Positions 43,021 through 55,614 of a stretch of 64,000 nucleotides of DNA are shown one piece after another. How positions within the stretch are numbered: the first letter of the stretch is position 1; each line of letters begins with the position of its first letter. The position numbers and the translations under genes are program-made. The stretch is from the human T2T-CHM13v2.0 reference genome, Homo sapiens: NCBI RefSeq assembly GCF_009914755.1, contig NC_060935.1; one strand, given 5' to 3'. The notes below the pieces were generated by a model, which had not been told where the DNA came from, did no database searches, and saw only the letters and a list, made by a program, of their open reading frames with translations.

Positions 43021-43326
43021 CTCCAAACCCAGCAGCTTCATTCTTGAATGCTGCTTTATTTTCAACAAATGGTTCAGTTTCTGTAGACATGGTGCTAGTT
43101 TCCATAAAAACTTCTGTGACACAAATCAATTTTTTTCTCCGTGGAATAGAAGTGGAAGCTGGAGCAGGAGGAGTAGTAGTAGGGGCAGGTATTGTAGAGT
43201 AAGGGGATGCCACCGAGTAGGTACTGTCACTGACAATAAATTCTGTTGTTTGTGTTGCAGTTTGAGTGTTGAATATGGGATCTTTGGTGGTGATAATTTC
43301 TGGAATGCACGAGTTAGTCCAAGTAT
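43021..43326 (-). CDS. LYVE1: LYVE1 exon 4 (306 nt), Ser/Thr-rich stalk DTWTNSCIPEII...KNEAAGFG
   Basis: ORF 42971-43213 overlaps; acceptor caacag| at 43327-43328, donor |gtaaat at 43019-43020. Confidence 0.97.
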
Positions 43327-44340
43327 CTGTTGGGATAGGGAAACATGGAATAAAAGTATTGCAACAGCCTCCTAACTGTTCTTCTTGCCTCTAGTCTTAC
43401 TACCTCCAAACCCCTTATACCGCAGCTGGAATGGTCTTTAAAAAGCAAATCTAACCATATCACTTTCTTCCTTAGAAGCCTTCAGTGGCTATCTTTGTTG
43501 TATGGCCTACAAGGCCTTCTGTGATTTGGCCCCTGCTAACATGCCAGCCTCATCTGCTCTTTTTCTCTCATTGCCCCTGCCATACTGAAATTACTTGAAA
43601 TTCCTTGATACACTTTATCTTACATCCAAGCCTTGCACCACGATGCTTTATTCACCTTTATGACTCTTTGCCTCTCTTTATTTAGCTTACTCTGACTCAT
43701 CCCTCAGGTCTCAGATTGACCCTGTCTTTCTCAGGCAGACTTGTTGACTTGATTGGCATATGTTCTTGTACTTCCTTGTCACAGTTCTCATTACACTGTT
43801 CCCCACTGGACTGCAAGCTCTCTGGCAGCAGAAACCCCGTCTGTCTTGGTCAGCATGGTATGAGCACTGTGTGTGGTACATAGCACATGCTCAATAACTA
43901 TTTGATGAATAGGGAAGGAAGGAAAAGGGAAAGGAAGGAAAGTATAGATTGGAAGACCAAATATACACATGTGGTGTCACTTCAGGACAAAGATATGCTA
44001 AGACCTGATATTTCTGGGCTCATTAAAAAAAGAAGTGAACAAAAAGGGACCAGGAGAGGGATAAGGGTTTGCTTTCCAATCTGTTGCATGTGCTAGAGAG
44101 GAAACACTTGTTAAAGCATCTTAATCTGAGTTGACCATGGCAGTAAGTGTTTAAATAGGTATCTCATTGAACAATATTACTAAACCCTTGTTTACACAGG
44201 AGGAAACTGAAGTTTAGAGAAATTGAATAACTCGCCCAAAGTCACAGAGCTAGTAAATGGCAGAGCCATGCAATATATTATAATATAAATTTGCATCTAT
44301 TTTAAGTCCCTAATTATTTGTGGCAGTGGGTAGCATCAGC

Positions 44341-44520
44341 TGGGGTTGGGGGGTGGGCTAGCAGAGGGATAGCATTAGAAGAAATACCTAACGTAGGTGA
44401 CGGGTTGATGGGTGCAGCAAACCACCATGGCACATGTATACCTATGTAACAAACCTGCACATTTTGCACGTGTATCCCAGAACTTAAAGTATAATAAAAA
44501 TAAAATAATAAAATAAAATT
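44341..44520 (+). mobile_element. Short L1PA 3' end
   Basis: 'gggatagcattagaagaaatacctaa...cagaacttaaagtataataaaaa'. Confidence 0.85.
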
Positions 44521-45439
44521 ATCTCTGGAAAAAAAGAAAAGAAATACATGGGATGGGAGTACAAGTTAAATGAAACCATGAGGAAATAGACAAATCCAAG
44601 TCCTCTTCCTCTGGCTCTTCTCTGTTTAGTCAGAGGGCTGGGTATCATCACATTGCCAGCTGGCAGGAAGGCAGTTAAAAAGCAAAGCCATTTGACAGGC
44701 ATGGGCTGGCTATGAGGTATGCAGGCATATGTAGCTCACCAATTCCCCAGCCAGTGATGATAGACCAAAGAGGCAGAGAAGGGAAGGAAGATGGGAAATA
44801 CACTGTTAGGAGAAGCCCTATGTTTCAGTCTTGATTCTGCCACTAACTGACCGTAGGACCTTGAACAAGCTAAGCCCGTGTTCTGAACTGTAGTTGTTTC
44901 ATCCATGAAGTGAGGGAACTGGTCAAAGTTTCTCCATGGGCCTTTTCTGTGCCAAAGCCCTCTGGATCAGGGAACTACTTGGATCCTATATTGCCTTTCT
45001 GGGACAGTTTTTGCTAATATTGGCTGGTGCACATTTATCTCTCGGATCTTCGAGAATGATCTTGAAATCTATCCTGTGTATGACCTCTCAGCCACCTAAC
45101 CTTCAGAAGGTCAGATAGATGAGTATGTGTGAAAAGTAATAATCAGACAGGGGTCCTTATGACAAACTGAGAGCAAGTGAGTATTTAGTAAAAGAAAAAC
45201 TTTAGGAGAAGTACTTAGGTGAAGCACTTGGGCTAAGGCAGCCAAGGTCTTCAAGCAAGGTTAGTGGGTGACTTCATGACCACGAACAAATCAGTGCTGC
45301 CCTCCAGGTGTCAATCTTTTCCTTCATAAAGTGGAGACTGGGTCTGGTTCTTAAAATTATAAAGGAATGTGGAACAGTGGAAAGAGTGCGGTTTCAGAGT
45401 TAGACCTGAGTCTGAACCTTTACAGTAATGAGACGTTAG

Positions 45440-45775
<336 letters not shown>

Positions 45776-45829
45776 TGAACTCGGTTTCTTTATTTGCAAA
45801 GTGGGGATGATAAAGCATATCTCATAGGG

Positions 45830-46130
45830 ATCTGTAGATTCCATATAGGTGGAAGCAACCAACCTTGGATTGAAAATATTTGGGAAAAAAAGAAAAATAA
45901 CAATACAACAATAAAAAAGCAAATAATACAGTACAATGACTGTTTACATAGCATCTACATTGTATTAGGTATTATAAGTAGTTTAGAGATGATTTAAAGT
46001 GTACAGGAGGATGTGTGTAGGTTATATGCAAATATGACCCCATTTTATATCAGGGACTTGGGCATCTGTAGATTTTTGTATATGATGGGGTGCCGGAACC
46101 AATCTCCCACTGACACTGAGGGACGACTGT
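45830..46130. mobile_element. Tigger4/MER46-type DNA transposon fragment
   Basis: 'acattgtattaggtattataagta...ggttatatgcaaat...ctgagggacgactg'. Confidence 0.75.
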
Positions 46131-46466
46131 GCATCACTTTGTCCATAATGGATGCATTACATACATCTGTACCTTTGTTCCTTCCCTTCTGCCTGCTTAT
46201 CTTATAGGATGCAGGGATGGTGGCAGTGGTAATTGAGCCTCCTGAATGTCTTCTCGTGTGTTGCCATTCAGTTATATCTCTCCTAACTTTTTCCTTTGAG
46301 GGGCATATTGCCACCCCTAGCCTGGCCAGAGAGACAGTGTCGGGAGAATTAGATGGCCGTGGCTGTGATTGCTTCTGCTGCTGCTCAGGGTTACTCTTCC
46401 CAGACAGGTCTCAGAGTGAGAGATACCCAGAGAATGCCACGTGGAAAGGTTGCAGATCAGACTCAC

Positions 46467-46606
46467 CAGATGAGTTGTAACAATAGGCTGCAAACTGTCG
46501 GCTCACTGGAACCTTCCAAATCAGGACACCCACCCCATTTTTCCCACACTTGGGGTTTGGGCTAATCCTAGAGATGACCACGAATCCATCTCCAACCCAG
46601 CCATAG
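46467..46606 (-). CDS. LYVE1: LYVE1 exon 3 (140 nt), Link module C-half [46 protein letters not shown]
   Basis: Hand translation; acceptor tttacag| at 46607-46608, donor |gtgagt at 46465-46466. Confidence 0.97.
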
Positions 46607-46729
46607 CTGTAAAAGAATACACACTAGTTGAACAGAAAAATGATTAGAAGGCTTCATCTCTATTGCTGAACAAGAACACAGAGCTAAAAAAGAACTCCAG
46701 CAGTGACAGTGAAACCAGCTTTTTCTCAC

Positions 46730-46901
46730 CTGCAAGTTTCAAAGCTAGCTTTCAAGGCTGTTTCAACTTGGTCCTTGCCGGCCAAACTTAGTCCCAGCAG
46801 CCTACAGGCCTCCTTAGCTTCTGTGAAATTCAGCTGCTGGTTCGCCTTTTTGCTCACAAGGGTGATCCCCATAATTCTGCATGACACCTGGATGGAAAGC
46901 T
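46730..46901 (-). CDS. LYVE1: LYVE1 exon 2 (172 nt), Link module N-half [15 protein letters not shown]...ASFETCS
   Basis: ORF 46726-47061 overlaps; acceptor tttgcag| at 46902-46903, donor |gtgaga at 46728-46729. Confidence 0.97.
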
Positions 46902-48186
46902 CTGCAAAGGAATCACATAGGTCCTCAGTTTGCTGCTGTCCTTGTTTCCAGCCCTTAGACTCTCCTTCCCAGCAGAGTATATCGTCCTGATGCGCAGGGA
47001 GGTCTATCTGGCTGGGACTGGGGTTTAGAATAACAGGACACAGACCAGGCATTTTCCACAAGGACCATCTGCTGGGCTAGATGGATGCTTGTTCTTGTCC
47101 AAGCTGTAAATGTCGCCCAATCAAAATCTATCCCATCCCACTGCATTAAGATGCCTTGCTCACCATATAGGGGCTTTGGCTACCTGTTGTTGGGGTGCAG
47201 TCTAAGGGATGCAGTTACTGCAAACCTTTCTGGAGTCTGTAAAATGAAGCATCTGAGACTTTGAGAAAGATAGAATTCAGGGCTCTAGTTCATAGAATAG
47301 TTAGCAATACCCCAAACCAATGTGGTTTGGGGACACTACTATTTGTGAGATGGGCTGAAAATGTCACACTTGTTATAAAAGAATGTGAGTGCTCTCAGTT
47401 CCAGGTCTTTTGGCCACTGGGGGACAGGCTTACTCAGAAGTTCCTGGAGGAGCTGGCAGTAAACTTTGAATGGCAGAAAAACTAAATGAAGAAAGCAGAA
47501 TTTTAGAGTCAGACTTGGGCTTAGATCTAGCATATGTCATTTGCTAGCTCTGTGACCTTAGCCTAGATACTTCATCTCTTTAATCTTCAGCTCTTTGAGC
47601 CTCCTTGTTTATAAATTCAAGGGAGTAACAGTGTCTACTGAATAGGGTAGTGAAAGTTAAGTGAGTAAATTCTAATACAAATGTTTAGCATAGTGCCTGC
47701 CACATGGTAGGTGCTTAATAAATCCACATAACATTATCATTATCGTTAAAGCATTTTGGTTTTGGTCTGCTAATGATTGATTACCCCACAGAAGCTGAGG
47801 CTGTTGAATAGGTAAGATATGAATAATATTTCTACTCAAAATCTAATGGATTTGGGAATTCTTTTGAACCCTTTTCTCTGGGTTCTGGGATGTACAGACC
47901 TGTATAAAATTGCCAAGTTGTATTGTATTCAAATACATTATTCCTACTGGGCTTCATCCACAAACATCCATAAAAGGGCATTTAAATCTCTCAAGTAATT
48001 GCTTGTACGCAGCTCTGTGTATTGGATGCTCAGTCAAATGCTTTGACCACTTCCTAGGTTGATATCTAATGGAAGTTTCTTTTTGAAAACATGGAAGGAG
48101 CATTTCTAAGTCCTCCATATGAACCTTGCTGTGGTGGCAGATTAGGAGCACACACTCAATTATGCCTGATTCTAAAACCCCAGTTC

Positions 48187-48940
<754 letters not shown>

Positions 48941-50548
48941 CCCCAGTTCTTAACAATGACACTGTTTTACCTTTCACAGTGCTATAAGGAAATGAACACA
49001 CACAGACACACACACACCCCTAGGCTGAACTCCCTGAACACACCGTTTACTCTGAAATTTGGCTCTTTTAGCTCATGAGCTTGCTATTGCTCAGGTCTCT
49101 TATAGCTACTTCTTTGGGAATGGATTGCAGAGGTTTATTTGTCACATTATCAATTGGTCTTACTACCCTCTCATCATATGTCATTTGTACTCTAAATACT
49201 ATTATTTAGAGGAGTGATAGACTTATTCTAGGTGGATAGACTTAGCTTTGAATATTTTTTCTATTGTTAACTGGCTGTTGCGACATCAGGCAAGTCAGCA
49301 TTCTCATCTGAAAATGGGGATGGATATATCTTCTTCACATGATTTTTATCAGAATTAAATTAGATAACTTGTACCTAGCAGAGGCGGGGCCCAGTAGGAA
49401 GTCAACAACATTAGTCATTTTATGCTTTCCTATTTCATTTAGGGATCAAAAGAGGGAGCTGGAATTTAAGGGAGTACTCCAGTAACTCCTTCCTTAAGAT
49501 TTCTCAGGAAACAGCAAACATAGTAGAAATAGTGTATGCTTAGGAGTTAGATATAAGGATGTGGAATCAGATAATAGCATATGCTTAGGAATCAGATAGG
49601 GCTGAATTCAAACCCAATATTTATTATGTACTGCCTGCATGACATTGGGCAAGTCACTTCACCTATAAACTGTCTTTTTGAGAGGATTAAATGAAATTGT
49701 ATATACACACCTAGCTCTGGATCACTATATACTTGGCCCTCAAATATAGTTCCCACCCCTATTCACTTACCTTCATCAACTACTTTATTCTGCAGTCATG
49801 GTTATGCTGACTTTTGGTTGTTTCCAAAAATGTAATTTCCCTAGAAAATCTTTTTCCCTTGCTGAGGATAGTCCAGAGTGTGATGGAGTCATTTTCAAAA
49901 AACAGTGTCCAATAGTTTGAATAATGGCAGCATTGTGGGGAAAAATAGTCTCCCCAGAGGATTTCAAAGAGGACCAAACTTATTTGAAAGTAACAGTATT
50001 TTAAAAAACTAATCATATAACTCTGACCTTTCTTATAAAATGTAATGCAACAACATATAAATCAACTCTGAATGTCTGTTTCTAGCATATTTTATATCTC
50101 AGGTCATCTTCCAGCATAGGAACACACATTTTCCTATTAAAGTGCTCAGATTTTCATTTGCCCAGAGCTGCAATGAGTGATTTGTGGTTACAATTTTTTT
50201 GCCTACAGTGCAAAATGAGGTTTCCATTTAGGCATCTCAAAAGCCCAGCGATCACTTTAAGTCATTCCTTTAGTAGACAGCCGATGGCTTAATTTTCAAA
50301 CTTATATTTTTACAGATTTTTTTCAGCTAATTTGCTATTTACTGAATATTTTTTTAAAACATTGCACCTCATTCATGGTATGATAAAATCAAAATTAAAA
50401 TAATTATGCTAACACTCCCAAAAAACATAAAAACAGGCCAATTTTAGTGAAAGTTACCCATTATTCCCAAGCTTAGTGATTGCTTTAAATTTTTTACAAT
50501 CATGGTTTGCGTCTTCAATGAAATACTTAAAAAAAAATTATTACTTCT

Positions 50549-50668
50549 GGATGCAGTGGCTCATGCCTGCAATCCCAGTACTTTGGTAGGCTGAGGCAGG
50601 ACGATCACTTGAAGCCAGGAGTTCAAGACCAGGCTGGGCAACAAAGCGAGATCCCATTGCTACAAAAA
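50549..50668 (+). mobile_element. Alu monomer (FLAM-like)
   Basis: 'gcagtggctcatgcctgcaatcccag...ggagttcaagaccagg'. Confidence 0.8.
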
Positions 50669-50974
50669 ATTTAAATACCACCCATACAAAAAAGAGTAAA
50701 AATCAAATGGTTTCTCTTCAGTGTTTTATTTCAAAATGTCCTCATTAAAAATATTCCATAACCAAAAGTAAAAGTCCAGATGATACAAACGTAAATGTCA
50801 ATCATTTTGGTGAAGTTGACAATATGGTGGTACATTTTTGGCAGAGCAGTACCACCAATTAGACCTGCTGTTGACACTGAGGGTCACCCTCATTCCCAGA
50901 AATCCATAGTCAACAGCTTAGGAGGCTTAGGACTGAAGCCTTGCTTCAGTTTGGAAATCTGGTGAGAAACCTAC

Positions 50975-51059
50975 CTTCTGCACGCAAAGAGCCTTGGACC
51001 AGGAGCCTCGTGGTCCAGATGGAAGTGAGAAGCAACACCAGGCTGAAGCACCTGGCCAT
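50975..51059 (-). CDS. LYVE1: LYVE1 exon 1 CDS (85 nt), signal peptide [29 protein letters not shown]
   Basis: ATG in strong context GCACGATGG; donor |gtaggt at 50973-50974. Confidence 0.97.
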
Positions 51060-51400
51060 CGTGCCTACCCCTTCAGAGCCAGGGAAACACCTCAGATGGC
51101 CACTGGTGATATGAGAGGCAGATGCTCAATAACTAGTCCGGATGGAGAGTTCTGGAACTATGTTGAGGCTCACACTCACTGCTCCACTTCATAACCGAGA
51201 CATCCGGATTTCCCTGCTTTCAAGCTTCTGACTTGTCAAGGTCACTGGGGGAAATGAATGACGTCCCTTGAACGCCCAGGCTGTACTTTGTGGATGGCCT
51301 TCTGGAAAATTTAGCTAATGCTGACTCAGAAAACACACAAATGAGGAAGGCAGATAGCACAGTGTGAACTGCTAAAGGTTCTCCCAATTCCCATATTCCC
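51060..51400 (-). promoter_or_regulatory. LYVE1: LYVE1 5'UTR / proximal promoter with ETS (CCGGATGT, 51200-51207) and AP-1 (TGACTCA, 51322-51328) motifs
   Basis: Motifs read directly; non-CpG-island; transcription start not determinable. Confidence 0.55.
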
Positions 51401-52561
51401 TGCTGTTCCTCCTCCCCCAGCAGCTCAGTTCTCACACCATTCACTGTTACTGCCTGTGGAGTCCATCGTTTATGTACTCCTAGAAACATCTCTGTCCCTA
51501 AAGGAGACTGAGCATAGGTTGTGCCTCTTTTCCTCCCGCAATCAGTGATTTTTCCACCCAGCTGTTCGGCCTTGTGATCTGCAGGGTATGATGCTGAAGC
51601 TCATGAAAGTAAATGTCCACTTAAATACTGAGTCTAGAACCTTCTGCCTTCCTTTGAGTCTCCTTTTACACATTTGAAATCTCTACACCACTACAGGTGA
51701 TTCCTTTTTCAAAGAAACCAGGCACATATAAACATTCACATTTACATAACACAAGTAGGAGGGCAATTTACAAAATTAAACATTTTACACTTTCCCCAAG
51801 GATTTTTAACTTTACAATAGTAATCACCACAGGGGTCTTTTATGAAATAACTTTCTCTTAATAACTCCTTTCATATTCTGGTAGGCCAGAATTCAAGTCA
51901 GACTCCACCTTTGTTGTTCGATGAACATGAGGTTTATCTGTGCTGTGTACCAGCAGAGTGTATTCTATGTTTTTCCAGCCGGATTTTCAGTGGTTTTTGC
52001 TTCATGGTAATTATGGAGTTCTGGCTTGTAAGCAATGTCTTGGGCAAAGGTTTATGAGATTTTTCCAAAATGAATGTCTTTTATAGGAAAAGTATATGGA
52101 TAACGAATTCTTTTTTATATAAGTGGTACTGGTCATAAAGTTAGATATTTGTGTGAAAAATATCAATAACAAAAAGAGAATCTGCTCTAAACAAATGCAG
52201 GGAACTTCTAAAAGACCAGGGTAACAGCCCTTACACATCTCCAATACCGACCTCATGATCTGGGTGAGCACAAGCCCCAGTTTCTCAGAAACATGCATGA
52301 CTCTATCATCACAGCACCAGGGAGGCAGACAGGCAGAGTCCTGGCCTCTTCATGATTATTCTTAAAGCCTAACACCATGCCCGAAAGAGAGCTAGCTTTC
52401 TAGCATTTGTTCACTTATTGCAAAAAGAACGAAGGAAGACAGGAAGGGGAAGAATGAATCAGGGAAGGCAAGGCTTTGTGTCAAGGAGGAGAATGAGAGT
52501 CACAGTGATCACCAGCCATAGAATTTCTGGAATACCAATGAAGAGGCCTTAGAAAGGTCGC

Positions 52562-53525
52562 TGTGCCAGCTTTCTATTGCTGTCCAACAAATTACCATAG
52601 ACTTAGCGGCTTAAACAGTACTCATTTATCATTTAACAGCTTCTATATGTCAGAGGTCTGAGTGGGCTCAGTTGGGTCCTCTGCCCTGGGTCTCACGAAA
52701 CTGACATTAAGGTGCTGGCTGGGCTGGGCTCTTACCCAGAGGCTCTGGGGAAGAATCCACTTCGAAGCACATTTGGGTTGTTGGCAGAATTCATTTCTTT
52801 GAGGTTGTGGGAATGAGGTCCCTGTTTCCTTGCAGGGTGTCAGCCAGGGACCATTCTCTTCTCCTAGAGCCCTTCCATTTTCAAAGCAGCAATGACACAC
52901 TGAGTCCTTCTCATACTTCTAGTCTCTCTTTCACTTCTACAGTTAGCCAGAGAAAGTTCTCTGCTCTTTTAAGAGACACGGTCTTGCTCTGTTGGCTGGA
53001 GCGCAGTGGCGCCATCGTGACTCACTGCAGCATCTACCTCCTGGGCTCAAGCAGAGCTCTCTACTTTTTTTTTTTTTTTTTTTTTTTTTGAGACAGAGTC
53101 TCACTCTGTTGCCCAGGCTGGAGTGCAGTGGCGTGATCTCAGCTCACTGCAAGCTCTGCCTCCTGGGTTCATGCCATTCCTTGCCTCAGCCTCCCGAGTA
53201 TCTGGGACTACAGGCGCCCGCCACCACACCCGGCTAATTTTTTGTATTTTTGGTAGAGGCAGGGTTTCACTGTGTTAGCCAGGATGGTCTCGATCTCCTG
53301 ACCTCATGATCCGCCCGCCTCAGCCTCCCAAATGCTGAGATTACAGGCGTGAGCCACCGCGCCCGGCGAGCTGTCTGCTTTTAAGGGCTCATGGGCCCAC
53401 CTGGATAACCTCCCTATCTTAAGGTCAACTGTACCATCTAATGTAACACAACAAAGCTCCATACCCCTGGAGCTCCTATTCAAAGGCTCCAGGGATTAGG
53501 GTGGGACATCTTTGGAGGGCTATTC
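52562..53525 (-). mobile_element. MLT1 LTR interrupted by an Alu fragment (~52970-53052) and an AluY-like element (53065-53367)
   Basis: 'acaaattaccatagacttagcggcttaaac...ggaagaatccacttc...gaaattctgccttccaca'. Confidence 0.78.
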
Positions 53526-53769
53526 TAGAAATTCTGCCTTCCACAGTCACTTAACCTTGATTTGATTCTGATCTGCTTTCTGAGAGAAACTTCCACATCC
53601 ACTGTTTTCTGCGGCCCTTTGCATCCCTCTGGGAGATTCATTTGCATATAATCTTGCTTGTCCACATTTGAAGTGGATATTAGGGAGTATGCCTTCCTTG
53701 GGAATAGCACAGCTTTTGCAGTCTGCTTCCTGCCGGCATAAGCTAAGATCCCAAAAGTTTTCTTAATTT

Positions 53770-54360
53770 TAAAAAAATTTTATTTTTAATCAATACATAA
53801 TTATACACATGTACATTTTGATGTTTCCATACAAACAAGATGTAGTGATCAGATCAGGCTAATTAGCATATCCATCATCTGAAACATTTATCCTTTGTGT
53901 TGGGGGTGTTCAATATCTTCTCTTCCAGCTATTTGAAAATATGTTATTGTTATCTATAGTCATCCTATAGTGCCATAAAACACTACAACTTGTTCCTCCT
54001 AATTTTATGTCCTTTAACAAATCTGTCTTTTCCTCCTCTCTTCCCTTTCCAGCCACTAGTATCCTCTATTCTGTTTTTTACTTCCATGAGATCTTTTGTT
54101 AGCTTCCATGAATTAGAACATGTGGTGTTAACTTTCTGTTCATGGCTTATTTTACTTCACATAATGACCTCCATTTCCATCTATGTTGCTGTGAATGCCA
54201 GGATTTCATTTTTTACGGCTGAATACTATTCCGTTGTGTATGTACACCATGTTTTCTTTATCCACTCATCTGTTGCTGGACACATTTTAATACCATATCT
54301 TGGCGATTGTGAATACTGCTGCAATAAACATGAGGGTGCAGGTATCTCTCTGATATATTT
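53770..54360 (-). mobile_element. L1MA-type 3' end
   Basis: 'aattagcatatccatcatc...tttacggctgaatactattcc...gctgcaataaacatgagggtgcagg'. Confidence 0.75.
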
Positions 54361-55614
54361 TCTTTCCTCCTCAAAGCTGTTTCCTCACCTGAACAATGAA
54401 AGGGGTTTTTAGTCCTGGCTTGTTTCTTTGTAAATTCCCTCACAAAGTTAGATTTCTGCTTCCATGTGCCAATAATCATACCCCAAATCCTTTCCCAGTC
54501 ATAATTCTCAAGAAGTATTTCCTGTTTCTCAGCACCATACCCCTCAAATTTAGTGGTGAATACACTAAGTTCATTTGAACTCACAAAGGGCCACATCCTT
54601 AATCTAGCCTTTGCCATAAGGCTGAGTCGATCTGTTCAACTGAGAAATTTTATTGGCTCCCACTCAAAGCTCTTTTTAGTCTGTCTGGGATTTAGAAGTG
54701 GTCAGGTTTTCTCACCCTTCAATCTTTCACATTTCTGAATACTCTATATTCTTTTTCATTTTTGCTCCCACATAGCCAATTATTTCTCCTGCCATACCTT
54801 GCCAAAGGCAGCCAAGAGAAGTTTCCATACCCCAACGCTGATTCTTTCCACCACTTATAAATAGGCTAACCATGAGATGCTTTCCAAGTTATCACAGGTA
54901 AGACTTTACTATCTTACCATCTTTCTAGCAGTTTTGTTTCTTGCCATGTAACTGGTAAGCTAGAACCTCATATTTTGGAATTTTGCTATTAAAGTACACA
55001 ATTTCTGGTTCAAATGTATGCATTAGGGTAGGCTAACTGCTATAAACATCCTGGAATCTCTGTGGCTTAATATACTAAAATCTTATTTCTTATTCATGTC
55101 ACAGTTCAATACTGGGAGTGCTCATTCAAAGACCCAGCTTCCGTCTAGTGGTTCTGCCATTTTCTCGGGTCTCAGTGTTCTCATCTGAATCCTCTGGCTT
55201 TGGTAGGCAGAGAAGGGAGTAAAAAAAGGTGTGAAGTATTGGGCAGGAGAGTTTATTTTTAGGGAACTAGATTTGGAAAGTCCACATTCCCCTGCAGCTA
55301 GCTGTAAGAAAGACAAAAATAGTTCAGCTGTGGAAATCAGGTTGGTTAAAAACTCAGCAGACTCAATCACAGCAAACTGTGTTAATTAAAAAAATCATAG
55401 ACCAGGAAGATACAGGAAACCAGGATCAGGAATGGGGAAGGGAAGAGGAGGAACTGATCCAGCCCCTGTGAGGTAGCCCACAGTATAACGACCAAGGGTT
55501 GGGGACCTCTGACTTGGTTCTGGAATGCACTAATATATCCAAAGGCATCTAATTCTGGGTTGGGGTAAGACTGTAATTCAACTCCATAAAATGAGGAGGC
55601 ATTTGGCTGCTGCC

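Noticed and set aside
46902-47061. N-terminal extension of the ORF over LYVE1 exon 2
   Set aside because: Intronic open frame upstream of a canonical acceptor; the real N-terminus is the signal peptide of exon 1
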